From positions 1,488,001 to 1,552,000 of the forward strand of contig JANHCV010000002.1 of NCBI GenBank assembly GCA_025594325.1: a DNA stretch of 64,000 bases, read 5' to 3'. Of the stretch, positions 1 through 11,300 are shown one piece after another (position 1 is the first letter of the stretch; each line of letters starts with the position of its first letter). Made by a program: the position numbers and the translations under genes. The notes beneath the pieces were generated by a model, which had not been told where the DNA came from, did no database searches, and worked only from the letters and a program-made list of their open reading frames with translations. Source of the stretch: Blastocladiella emersonii ATCC 22665. Its lineage: Eukaryota > Fungi > Blastocladiomycota.

Positions 1-48
1 TAGAAAACTTTCATCTTAGAAAATGGGACAAAGGAACAAATCGTGGGA

Positions 49-1856
49 TCAGATCGAGATGTCGAGACCTGCAGGTGCGGCCTCATGAATGGCGGCTTCG
101 TTGTTTGGATCGATTGCATTTCCCAAAAGGCCCAGAAACGTGAGACTAGGTGGAGCACCGGCGACGATTGAAAGAGCGCCAGTAAGGGTGAGTTTGTTCG
201 CGGTGAGGTCAAGCTTGGCCAAGGACTGAGGGAGTCCATCACTCAGGATGGACGCACACGCGTCATCAAGTTGCCCGGAGTGCAGCGAAAGGTTTTCGAG
301 CCGCGGCGCCATATGTTGAACAAGAGCCCGAGTGGCCGTTCTATCAAGGATCGAACCGGCGAGTTTGAGAATGCGCAGCGAGGGCGGCAAGTCATGGAAG
401 AGCCTGGCCGTCTGCGTCGCTGAAAAGTTGCACGAGCAACTGTCAAGAACCGTCAAATCGCTCGGAAAGCTAAGTGCAAGTGCAGCAACTTCAATGTCAT
501 GGAGCGAATTGCCTCCAATGTCAAGAGTTGTAAGCGAATTGGGAAGTGCGACAAAAAGACTGGTCGCCTCGATTGATTCAAGCTTGCTCCGCGTGAGCCT
601 GAGTAGCCCAAGCGACCGAGGCAGTACACTTGCAATAGCACGAGTGCCATACTGGTAGAGTTTGATATCAGTCAGGTCAAGCTCGACAAGCGTCGGAGGA
701 AGCGGCTGGATTTCAACGGGTGCCTCAGCGCGCTCGAGCTTGTTGCGCGCCAGGTTGAGCAATTGAAGCGAGGCGGGGAGCCGATCCAAGACGGCCGAGA
801 GACCGGCCAAGGTAAACTTGTTACCGTTTTGCACGTACAGCTTTTCCAGAGTCGGAGGAAGGGTCTGCACAACGGCGAGTAAGCTGTCATCGTCGAGGCT
901 GCAATCAGAAATGGAGAGACACTGGAGCGTGCTTGGCAGGGTACCGTGAAAGAGCAGCGGCACGATGTTGGTAAGGTCGATGCTCATGAGGACGAGCGTC
1001 TCGAGACGCGAGGGCCAGCGCACGGGGTCAAGCAAGTCACGGTGCACGCGGCCAGTGTCGCTCAGCCAGTGTCCAGCAAGGCGGACGTCGGCCACCGAAT
1101 CGGGAATGCATAGAGCAGTCAGCCGTGGGAGATTCGTCGTACATCCGAGAATCGAAAGCTTTTGGAGTTGCTACGACGGGCTAGTCATGGCTTCATTCAG
1201 CTGTTCAATCCCATCTCGTGAGATCGGCTCATGAAGCAGCTCTAGCTCGTGAATTGCACCGCTCGCAATCGAGTCGAACGACTCTGCGATGGCTCGATAA
1301 ACGACCTGAGTCGACTTGGTGCCCTACAGAGCAAAATTCACAGGTTGGCTGGTTAGCGGGATAACGCTGTTACGGATTAACGAAACACGCACCGCAAAAA
1401 CCACGGTGTCCTCGTGCTCATCCTCAAACTCGTCGACGTCGACGTCAAGCCCAAGAGCAACGCGCACGTCACTCCATACGTCGCCGTTGGATATCTCGAG
1501 CTCGTCAAGCCAATCCGCAAGCTCTGGGGCCGAAAAGTCCAGCGCGTTCGCATCTCGCCACCACTCAAGCACTTCGAGATGCCGCGAGTCAATCGCCCGT
1601 TGCAGGGCTTCGGCGGAACACTCGAGCGGCGCAAGGCTGTTGGCGACCCAGCGACACTGCCGCGAGCCGTGGCCTCGTCGACCGAGAAAGCAGCTGCGTG
1701 AGACAAGATGGCCGGCTCGATGCGAGGGGTAAGCTTCCGCGGCATTACGCGGGCATACTGCAAGAAACATTCAGCGTCATCGTCCGCGTCGTGGAGCTCG
1801 ATGGCGAATAACAGGATCCGCTCGATGACTTCGGGTAAGTGCAAGGTGCCAAACAT
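49..1856 (-). pseudogene. F-box-like/ankyrin-like + RNI-type leucine-rich repeat gene with two lesions
   Basis: ORF 1377..1856 starts with LHLPEVIERILLF. The frame switches at about 1655 into ORF 1324..1770 (RWVANS...LEVLEWW). A 69-nt intron (1392-1324; GTGCGT...GCTAAC...TGTAG) then joins in frame to GTKSTQ...NEAMTSPS, followed by an in-frame TAG at 1173-1171 and then QLQKLSILGC and the LRR ORF 49..1095 (LxxLxLxxNxL repeats). Confidence 0.7.
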
Positions 1857-2010
1857 GGTTGCATCAGCTTAACATTGGTCGCAGGCTGTGATCGAGGGGA
1901 GAGTTGATTAGGAGAGGGAGAAGGAACGGGACGGTGGCGCACGCGCTCGCCCCCGCGCACTCCCACCATCTACTTCCCTCCCGAGATTTATACTCGCACA
2001 CTGCTTCACC

Positions 2011-4185
2011 ATGCAACCTGATGAACAAACGTCCTTGCTACTTACCCTACCGGACGAGCTCCTGACCATGGTCGCGTCGGCGGGCCTGACTAATGCGGAT
2101 CGGCTCGCCCTCCGCGCGACCTGCCGAACTGTCCTTGCCAGGTCGCTTTGGCGCGCGCGCGCTCCTCCTGCACTCGAAATGACGATTGCGCTCTGTCGAG
2201 CCGACCGTGCTGCGTTCTTTGCTGCCGCGCCCGTCTATTTTGGTCGGAAGCGTGGGCGCCACCGCGCCAAGTCGTCTGCGCGCCTGTCCATCTCGAACAC
2301 CCAGATGCGCACCATATTCCTCGACGTCGCTCGCCGGCTTGTGCTCAGCGATGTGGGCGATCCGCGCCCGTGGTCGTGGCTCCGCGCGTGGGCGCAGGGC
2401 CAGGTGCCTGTTTCGACGGCGGCCGAGTTCCGCAACCTTCTTTTCGCAGCGCTTCCGCCGTGTGCCCGAGCCAAGCTCGCCGCCAAGGTGCTTCCCGCCG
2501 ACGAGCTGCGCACTGGGTATCGTCCCGAGGGTTCGCCGCACGCGCTCGCGTACATTCTCGCCAACTGGCGCGACCGCGTGACGGGCCTTTCTACGGCCTT
2601 CTTGCGGTACCGGCACGCGATATTCCCGTACAATCGTGACTATATTGGGCTGACCCATCAACTGCCAAACTTGTGGAGCATCTTCGAGTGCCTCCTCGCC
2701 GCGCGGACAAATCGAGACGACCCTATTTACCGTGCACTCGCTGTGGAAGCTGTCCCGATCGTCACTATTTTTCCGATCCGCGACCCCATGACCAAGGCAG
2801 CGAAACGGTTTGACGCCGAGGCGAATGTGGAGACAGCTCTCCAAGTTTTGCTTACCGCGGGACCCCAAGCTGTGGTCGGAGCCGTGTCGCGATTGCTTGC
2901 CTCAAACAATCATTTCGTTGCCTACCGAGCGATATCTGCGACCATTCAAGCCGCGCGATTTCAAGGGCCGCGGGGCTTTGCTTCGTTCACAACACTTGCT
3001 GACTTGCTTGTGCTCGCATCCCCAAGACTAGTAAATCGCCCTCCTAAATCTTCGCCGCAGGAATGGAGTTTGGTTGCACAAGACGCTTCAGACGATGCTC
3101 TTCGCGTTCGGCTCGAGCCAACGAGCAACGCCGTTCCAACCCTTCTCGCCCGCGTTCTTCCTCATTGCGCCTCGTTGGTGCGTGGGCACGATTTGTCCAC
3201 CTTTCTGGACAAGCTGGGCGACGCAAGCGTGGTTAATCTCTTGGCCGAGGTTTGGTCGTTCCGGAACCTTACCAGTGGCGCCAAGTCGCCTTACGCTTCC
3301 TGGATGTGCCGTTACTGGGTCCCGACCCGCGCACATGTTCACTTGCTTAACACGCTCCGCTTCAACTACGTCGAGGCCAACGTGTGGCCCGCTGTGCAGG
3401 CCATCCAAAACGCGGTCCCAGTCGTGCCTTACCACAGCTGTCCAAAGTCCTCTCGATCCTCCAGGGCGCTCTTGGATCTCCCAGCAAGCTGCAGTGCGTG
3501 CAAGCACCTCATGGCCCAAGTAGAAACTGCCGCAGTCGTTGACTGGCCGTTTCCTGGTGACTTGATCTTGCGCATCGAGCCGTACACAGACGCCGAGCTC
3601 GCTTCGAACGCGGCGCGGTTGCTTGAGCATCAGCACCAGATCATGGCCAGCGATCCCGATTGGATACGCGATCATATCGAGGACGGCTGGCGCGACCTCT
3701 TGGTCGCCGCGCGCGGGCCCATGTTCGGCTACTTGCTCGCGCACCGTTCGCCGCACATCTCAATTCCCGACGACACGTGCGTCGTTCGGGGCGGTCTCGG
3801 ACCCGACGCATCCGTCCGCGGCGGCATTAACGGGCTCGGTCTGACCATCTTCGATCTTCTCGCGCTCGCAAACCTCGGCGGACCTCGTTTCACTGGCGAC
3901 AAGACCGGGCACGAGATCTACGCGGCGGCCATGGTCGCGTTCATCCGACCGGGCGCGCCTGTCGACCTTACCGACGGCGATCTTGCGGACCTGGCCAAAC
4001 ACGAGTGGGGCGGGAACATCGTTCGCTTGCTGCACTTTTTCGAGCACGCGCTCAAAGTCGCTGCAGTGCGTGGTGAGCAAAGTTACAACGCTCGTCTGCA
4101 GCGGTTGCGCGAATGGGCCACATCGCACGAGGATGTGGAAGTGCGCAAGTGGGGACTGGCTGCGCGACAGGCCGAGACGGAATAA
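2011..4185 (+). CDS. F-box-like N-terminus hypothetical protein, 724 aa, apparently single exon
   Basis: Long open frame with a good ATG context (caccATG). The N-terminus LLTLPDELLTMVAS...LALRATCR fits the F-box consensus. The rest is not recognised. Confidence 0.7.
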   Translation: MQPDEQTSLLLTLPDELLTMVASAGLTNADRLALRATCRTVLARSLWRARAPPALEMTIALCRADRAAFFAAAPVYFGRKRGRHRAKSSARLSISNTQMRTIFLDVARRLVLSDVGDPRPWSWLRAWAQGQVPVSTAAEFRNLLFAALPPCARAKLAAKVLPADELRTGYRPEGSPHALAYILANWRDRVTGLSTAFLRYRHAIFPYNRDYIGLTHQLPNLWSIFECLLAARTNRDDPIYRALAVEAVPIVTIFPIRDPMTKAAKRFDAEANVETALQVLLTAGPQAVVGAVSRLLASNNHFVAYRAISATIQAARFQGPRGFASFTTLADLLVLASPRLVNRPPKSSPQEWSLVAQDASDDALRVRLEPTSNAVPTLLARVLPHCASLVRGHDLSTFLDKLGDASVVNLLAEVWSFRNLTSGAKSPYASWMCRYWVPTRAHVHLLNTLRFNYVEANVWPAVQAIQNAVPVVPYHSCPKSSRSSRALLDLPASCSACKHLMAQVETAAVVDWPFPGDLILRIEPYTDAELASNAARLLEHQHQIMASDPDWIRDHIEDGWRDLLVAARGPMFGYLLAHRSPHISIPDDTCVVRGGLGPDASVRGGINGLGLTIFDLLALANLGGPRFTGDKTGHEIYAAAMVAFIRPGAPVDLTDGDLADLAKHEWGGNIVRLLHFFEHALKVAAVRGEQSYNARLQRLREWATSHEDVEVRKWGLAARQAETE

Positions 4186-5000
4186 GTTGTTGAAGAATCA
4201 ACTTTGTTGTTTACATGCGGGGAAAACGCAAAGAGCACCGGTTTTTATTGAGGAATTGTGCACTCCATGATGCGCTGAACCGTACCAAAGATGGTGAGCA
4301 TGGTCGCCGCTCGCCAGGTTGTCCACAATCCAGTCTTGGACTGATGGAGCAGCCGGTCCCTCTCAATCTACATGGAGGCAATCGGATCATGGCGGACCGC
4401 TTCGCCGGCGAGCAGTTCCGCGGCGCTGATGAGCTTCGACCCAACAAACTCACGCGCTCGTGGCCGTGTGACGGCCTGCATCAACACGGCCGAGCGCTTG
4501 CCAACGCACTCGTACGACTCGCCCGGGTCCTTGATCACCGTGACTCACGGTCAAAGAGTGTCGCCTTGCTCGATTGAGTTTCAGAGACAACCACGCGTTG
4601 GGCGAGGGGTCCGTTCGTTGTCGCCGTGAGAGGTCGCAGCAAGGGGCAAACTCTCATCACCAGCTGCTCAACCGGCAAGAAGATTTCCTAATGTTGATTG
4701 CACATCGTCATCTATCTTGATTCCGCCGTTTTCGTTGCAGGGAGTGCGGGCGTCCGCGGACCGCCATCGGCGCGCGGGTCTCCTGCACGTGAGGCGCGCT
4801 CCGCCACAGCCACAGCGGGAATGCCGCGCCACACGGCACGCGCGGCGCAAAAAGCGTTTCCCGCTCCCGCTCCCGTCGCCCGCGCCGCTCAAGCGACCCG
4901 CTGCCATGCATCTCGGACCGTGATCACGCAACCCGCCGCAACCCCGTCCTCTGCGCCGGCCCTGTCTCCTGCCGACCCCTGTCATCCGCGCTCTGCACCC

Positions 5001-6084
5001 ATGGCGACCCGCTCGCGCACGACCCTCTTCATCGAGCTGCGGCGATCCGTGCCGCGGCAACCGGCCGCCGGCCGCTCCGGGCGCGGCGGCGCGCTCGAGT
5101 CCGAGAAGGTCGGGCTCATCTCCGAGCCGCACACGGCCGTCGATGTCGGCCACATTCGCGACCTGCCGCCCGCGTGGGTCGATACGGTCGAGGAGATCGA
5201 GTCAACCATTGACCGCATCCAGCAGCAGTGTATGTCGGTCCGCCATCTGCTATGGACGCGAAACCCACTTACTGACGCGATCCGAGTGTAGTAAACAACC
5301 TCGAGACGCTGCAGAAGAAGCACCTGCTGCCGGGCTTCGACGACCGGTCCGACACCGAGGCGAGCATCGACGCGGCGACCCACGGCGTCACCACCATGTT
5401 CAAGCAGTGCCAGAAGCAGATCAAGGCCTTCGAGGCCAACCATCAGGCCGCCGCCGTCGCCGCACGGAAACGCGGCGCGCCCATGTCGCAGCAGGAGCTC
5501 AAGCTGCACCAGAACGTCACCTCGTCGCTCGCTGCCCGCGTCTCTACACTGTCGACGCAGTTTCGCAAGGGCCAGTCCAACTACGTCTCGCGTACGTCCT
5601 TTCGATCGCGTGTCGCGACGCGTGGTGCTTTGGCCTTACTCGTCGTCGCGTGTGCGTAGGGTTGAAGAACCGATCCGCGAAAGCCTCCCCACTCTTCTCG
5701 CTGTCCGACACCGAGGACGAGGAAAGCGGCGGCGGCGGGGGCGGCACCATGTCGTCGGCGTTCACGGACCAGCAGGTGACGCAGGTCGCGCAGAACGAGG
5801 ACGTGATTCGGACGCGCGAGCGCGAGATCGAGGAGATTGCCAAGACCATGACCGAGATCGCCGAGCTGTTCCGCGACATGCACACCATGGTCATCGACCA
5901 GGGCAGCCTGCTCGACCGCATCGACTACCATCTCGAGGTCGCCGCCACCAACGTCGAGAAGGGCAACGAGGAGCTCGACAAGGCCGTCGTCTACCAGGCC
6001 TCGGCGCGCAAGAAGATGCTCATCTACCTCCTCTGCCTCGCCATCCTCTTCGTCATCCTGCTCCTCGCCATCAAGCGCAGGTGA
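5001..6084 (+). CDS. TLG2: Syntaxin-16/Tlg2 Qa-SNARE; exons 5001-5229, 5292-5591, 5660-6084
   Basis: N-peptide MATRSRTTLFIELRR, Habc region LPPAWVD...KKHLLPGFDD, SNARE motif REREIEEIAKTMTEIAELFRDMHTMVIDQGSLLDRIDY and a C-terminal TM helix. Two GT-AG introns restore the frame. Confidence 0.93.
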
Positions 6085-6157
6085 ACGATTGATCTTACGC
6101 TGCTTCATTCTAAACAACAACCAAATAGACTACGTGGTTCGTGACCTTCTCGCTCGC

Positions 6158-8233
6158 CTACACCTTGGCCCCGAGCGATGCCTGGCGCCACCGCGGCACT
6201 GGCGTCGTCGGGATCATGAGCGTCCGCCGCAGCAGCTCGCCCGACAGGCCCATGCCCGTCGGCGGCACCGACCGCCCGCGCCGCTTCGGGTGCAGGATCA
6301 GCGCCTGCGAATCGCGTCCGCGACGTGGCTCGATCACGGGCAGCGGCGCCAGGATCGCCGTCTCGCTCGGCTGGCGTGCGAGTGATGGGGCTGTTGCTGT
6401 GGCAGCCCGCACCGGCTCAGCCTCGGACGCGGCTGGGCCGCTTGATGGAGCGAGAGTCGCTGGACCTTGTGCGGGCGCCGCCAACTGCGTCACGGCGGCG
6501 GTCTCACCGGCCTCCGGCGCTTGAGGCGCTTCAGCGGCGACAGCTTGCACGGCCGGTTCGGTCTCGCTCGCTTTGCGCGTGACGGCTGCGGGCGAGGTAG
6601 CACCGGGCACGGCCTTGACGTTGCTCACCGGGGCAGTCGTCACGAGGGCTGACACGGGCGCAGGCGCTGCGCTTGGTGCCGGCGCGGGGGCACTAGCGGC
6701 CTTCGCTGACGCGGGCCGTGAGCGAGGGGGAACCGGTGGCGCAAGCGCAGCCGGCGGGGCAGGTACAGCCTCGGCTGCGGCCGGGCGAGCGACTGGTTCG
6801 GCAGGCGAAAACTTCGTGATGGGCGAGCCGGTCTCGAGGGCTGTGGGCTCTGCGGGCGCCTGCGGAACGGGGGCGACGGGTACTGCCTGCTCGACGGCAG
6901 CGACGGGTGCGGTTCCAGATGAAGTTAAGGCTGCTGCTGGCGCCGGAGCGGCGGGCGTGACCTCGGTCTCGGCCATCTTGTCGTGAGAAACAGCGGGCGC
7001 CGTGGCGGGTTCCCGCTCGACCATCTCGGGCGGCGAGACCGGGTGCGAGTCGACCATGACAAACTCGTCGCGCGACGTGGATGCCGGCGACGCGACCGCC
7101 GCTGCCGCAGGTGTCACGGCCGCACCGATAGCCGCACTGACGTGGGCCGCGAGTCCGCCACTCGCCGCGAGCATCGGCCCGAGCGGGGTCGCGGAGCTGA
7201 CCGAGTCGTTGAGCGGCGGCGTGCTGGACGCCGAGAAGAAGACGGACCCGAGCGACTGCGCCTCGATCCCCGCGGGCGACACGGCGGTAGTCTCGGCGCC
7301 CGGCGGCTGCACCGACAGCGAGCTGGACGAGGTCGCGGCGCTCGTGAGAGCGGACGTCGGCGCGGTCGACGGCGCGAGCGAGTCGCCGAGGAGCCGCTTG
7401 ATCCCCGCCTCGCGCTGTTGCTGCTTTTCCACCACGCCGCGGCGCGCCGGCGAGACGCTCCGCGCGCGCTGCGGCGTCGGCGTCACGGTGCTGCTCGCCG
7501 ACTCGACGACCGTGAACGAGGTGCCGCGCTTGGGCGTCACCATGGCCGAGGACCCGTGGAACGAGGTCTGGCGGGATACCGGGACCGGATTCGGTCCCAC
7601 GGCGCTTGCCGTGTCGGCCGCGAGGTTCTCGGTGCTGCACACCCACGAGCCCGGGATCCCCGCTGCCGCTGCCGCACCGTCGCCCGCCTCGCCGTCACCA
7701 CCACCTGCCTCGGCGGGAATCCACGCCTCGCTCGCGGCCGGGTCGGGGACCAGCGAGTTGGTCGACTGCCACAGGTCGCCCTCGAGGTCATCCATGTCCT
7801 CCTTGACGCGGAAAGACAGCGGGACCATGCGCGACGACGCGCTCACGGACCGGCTGCGCGACCGGTTCGCGCTGGCGCGGCGGATCGTGGGGCGGGCGGT
7901 CGCGCGCTCGCCTGGGACGGCGGGCGCCGCCGGGGTGTCGGACGTGGCGGTCGTGGGCGGTTTCGCGCGGCGCTTCGTGCTGCGGCCGCGCTTGACCGAG
8001 TCGGTCGAGCCAGAGGCGGACGAGGCGCCCGAGTGCGCGGTCGGCGGGTCGGGCTTCGCGGCAGCGGAAACCGCGGCCGGAACGGCGCCGTCGGTCACAT
8101 TCGCGGTGCCCACATTGGCGGAAGGCGCATGATGCAGCTCGCCCGAGGACGAGTGGTGGAACTCGAGCGACCGGTGCGCGTGCAGCTCGTTCCGCTTGGA
8201 TATCTTGCGGGGCAGGTTGCGACCTTTCCCCAT
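6158..8233 (-). CDS. Ser/Ala/Pro/Thr-rich, probably disordered hypothetical protein, 691 aa
   Basis: 2-kb ORF with caccATGG start and host-like C/G-ending codons. It fits between the IBTK stop and the convergent TLG2 3' end. No domain was recognised. Confidence 0.6.
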   Translation of the reverse strand: MGKGRNLPRKISKRNELHAHRSLEFHHSSSGELHHAPSANVGTANVTDGAVPAAVSAAAKPDPPTAHSGASSASGSTDSVKRGRSTKRRAKPPTTATSDTPAAPAVPGERATARPTIRRASANRSRSRSVSASSRMVPLSFRVKEDMDDLEGDLWQSTNSLVPDPAASEAWIPAEAGGGDGEAGDGAAAAAGIPGSWVCSTENLAADTASAVGPNPVPVSRQTSFHGSSAMVTPKRGTSFTVVESASSTVTPTPQRARSVSPARRGVVEKQQQREAGIKRLLGDSLAPSTAPTSALTSAATSSSSLSVQPPGAETTAVSPAGIEAQSLGSVFFSASSTPPLNDSVSSATPLGPMLAASGGLAAHVSAAIGAAVTPAAAAVASPASTSRDEFVMVDSHPVSPPEMVEREPATAPAVSHDKMAETEVTPAAPAPAAALTSSGTAPVAAVEQAVPVAPVPQAPAEPTALETGSPITKFSPAEPVARPAAAEAVPAPPAALAPPVPPRSRPASAKAASAPAPAPSAAPAPVSALVTTAPVSNVKAVPGATSPAAVTRKASETEPAVQAVAAEAPQAPEAGETAAVTQLAAPAQGPATLAPSSGPAASEAEPVRAATATAPSLARQPSETAILAPLPVIEPRRGRDSQALILHPKRRGRSVPPTGMGLSGELLRRTLMIPTTPVPRWRQASLGAKV

Positions 8234-8399
8234 GGTGTGATTCGTTGCTATGACTCAAGTAAACTCTGGAGAGCATAAACGTTTGATCGCAGCACTGGGA
8301 TATATTCACGCCGAGCAAACCGGCGGGAGCGCGAGGTGCGAGACGCGTTGTTCTATCACGTGCGGGAGACATAGACATTTTTCTCCTACTGCGGCGACC

Positions 8400-11300
8400 T
8401 CACGCGTCTCGCGGCACCACGACGACCTCGAGAAACTCGCCCGACACGAGCTGGCGCGTCTGGCGGAACTCGGCGTGCAGCGCCGCGACGGCGGCCTCCT
8501 CGGCCAGGATCTGCGCCAGCGCCTTCTTCTTGATCGAGCTGATCGACACCTTGGCCGTGCGCTGCTCCTCCTGGATCGCCAGGAACGACGACCGCGACGC
8601 CAGCTCGGCCGAGGACACGAGCGATGGGAACGCGTCCGGTGCAGGCGACGAGGCGCCGCGGCCGCTCGAGGCGACAGTGGGCTTTGCCTTGCCCTTGCCC
8701 TTGCTCGACGGCGGCGACCCGTTGCTCCGCGGACTCGCAGCCGCCGCAGCTGCAGGCCATCCCGGTGCGGCGAACGCCGAAGCCGCAGCATCGACCGGCG
8801 CCGCGGCGGGCGGGGCAGCCGCCTTCCACGCGCCCTGCCACGGCGGCGTGGCGATGGCCGACGGCGGCGTCGTGGCGGGCACCGCGGCCTGACCCGCCTT
8901 GGCCTGCTTCTTACGCTCCTTCTGCGGCGCTTTGCCGGCGCGGATCGGGATAGCGACGGGCGAAGCGAGGGTCGGCGGCTCGATGGCGGCGGGGGCGACC
9001 ATGGGTGCGATCTGCGTCTGCTGCGGGACGGGGATGCGCGAAGGGCCCACAGCGGGTCCACGCGGCGGCGGGGCAACGCCGTTGGAGCCGGCAGACTTGG
9101 TCGCCGCGGCGCGCTGCTGCTTGCGCCGCTCCTCCTGCGCCTGGATCTCGAGCAGCGAGACCTTTTTGGTCGGTACAGGGACGAAGATCGGCGGGGCCCG
9201 CGGCGGGAGCGGCGAGGGGGGTTCGGCGAGTGGTGAGGAGGGTGGTGGCGTGGGGAGGGACGGGACGGTTGAGGCGGGGGTAGAGATCGAGGACGGTTTA
9301 CTGGGGGTTGTGGAACCCGGTTCGCGCACCGCGGCTGAGCTGGGCCGGTCCGAAGACGACGATGACGGCTGCTCCTGCTGCTGGTTCGACTCGGCCTCGT
9401 CGTCGGACGAGGGCAGCACGTCGATGAGCGGCCTAACGCGGCGCGGGCGCGGGAGCGGGACGTAGAAGGCGACCGGCTCGAACTTGCGCATGAGCGGCCG
9501 CGTCCTCGCGAGTGGGAGGCGCTCGACCTGGAGCTCCTGGCACAGGTGCTCGACGAGGAGGAACGCGTGGTGGAACGCGAAGTCGGGGCTGGTCGCAGCC
9601 GCCGCGTGCTTGCGCAGGAGGTACTCGACGTTGGACAGCGCGAATCGCGCGCACGCGAGCCGCAGCGCGGGCGCGAAATGGCGGTCGCTCAGCGTCAGCA
9701 GCTCGAGCACGTTGCGCGTCGTCAGGCACCGCGTCAGAATGTCCGACAGGGCGAGCTTCAGGTCGTCGGCCATGATGAAGTCGGCCAGCTTGAACAGCTT
9801 GACCAGCTCGGCGTACGTCAGCGAGTACTCGCCCGTCGCCGCCCACTCGACGAACGCCGACACGGTGCTCGCCTGGAACTCGGTCAGCTGGATCGCCCGC
9901 GACTTGCCGCCGTTCCAGTCGCTGCTCAGCGCAGTGTGGAAGTACGACAGCTCGGGGACGAGCGACGGGTCGAGCTCGTGCGAGTCCGTGTCCGACGCGA
10001 GCGAGGCGACCGCGCGCCCGTCACCCGCTGGTGCCGAGTGCGCACGGCGACGATCGTGGGAGGCCGCGTTCCGCCTCGACTCGTCGGGGAGCGCTTGCCG
10101 AGGGTTCGCCTTGAGCGCGGCAAACGCGCCGTGCCCGTTAGCTGCGACGTGCGTGACGCGGTCGAGTGCAAACGGCTGCCAGTACACCTTGGCGCGGCCC
10201 GTCGACGGGTTGATCTCGGCCCACGTCGTCGCGGCCGACGTCGCGTACATGGCGCCGGTCTCGGTCGTCAGCAGCAGGCGGCCGTCGAGCCCAACCGCGA
10301 GATCGCGCGCGCGGCCACCCTGCTTGGTGTTGTCCCAGACGAGCCGTGGCGGCACGCGCTTCATCTGGATCGAGGGCGCGGGCGCCGTGGCCGAGGTGCC
10401 GCGCGGCGACGGCGACAGCGTGCCGGCAACGGACCACGCGAAGGCGTCGCCGTGGCGTGTGATGAGGGCGCCATACGACGTGCCGCGCGAGTCGCCCGCG
10501 GTAATGAGGCTGATGGACGGCGCGGTTGCCGCGCGCGTCTTGCTCCACCCGCCGGCCGACGAGTAGGGCGACGCGATGGGTTCGGGCGGGACAATCACGA
10601 ACCGCTTCGTCCCAAAGTGCTGCAGCAGGTACAGCTCGCCCGAATCGAGCAGGACGGCCGTGAACCGCTCGGTGCACGCGACCTGCAGGATCCCGTCGCC
10701 GTCGTTGGGCGGGATCGACGCGACCTTGCGCGGCTGCACGACGACGCTGTCGCGCGCGTGGCCGAGCTGGCCGAGGTTGAGCCCGAACGTGATCAGCGTG
10801 TGCCGGTTCCACACGCACGTGTGGACCTTGGACGCGGCGACGCCGTGCACGGGCTCGCGGCGCAGCGCGCCCGCGTTGAGGACGCGCGGCGTCACAATGT
10901 GGTCGTCGCGCGGCGGCGTGTCGGCCATGGATTTCGGGTACCCGGCGAGCTGGTCCACGTCCGCGTCGTCGAGCGAGAAGCCGCACTGGCCAAACTGGTT
11001 CGAGCCCCATACCCACACGGAGCCCGTGTCGCTCACGGCGACCGTGTGGTCGCGGCCGACGGCGACGGCCGTCACCTGCACGATGGGCGGGAGGAAGTCG
11101 ACGTGCTGCGGCTGCACGATGACGTGGCCGCCTTGAGATCGGCTCCCGCCGCCAGCGCCGTTGGCGCGCGACTCGGGCGAGCGCCGCGAGAAGCCGAGCT
11201 TGCCGTGGCTCCCGTAACCCCACAGGTACAGGCCCTGGGTCGTGAGCAGCGCCGAGTGCATTTTGGCCATGGCGACCTGCAGGATGGTGGGCGGGGCAAA

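Noticed and set aside
1171-1173. Programmed stop-codon readthrough or recoding at the in-frame TAG of the LRR gene
   Set aside because: The same gene also has a frameshift, and other genes here end normally at TAG. Pseudogenisation is simpler.
4215-4629. Small ORFs between the F-box-like gene and TLG2
   Set aside because: They are short, lack a recognisable motif, have competing frames and lack host-like codon bias.
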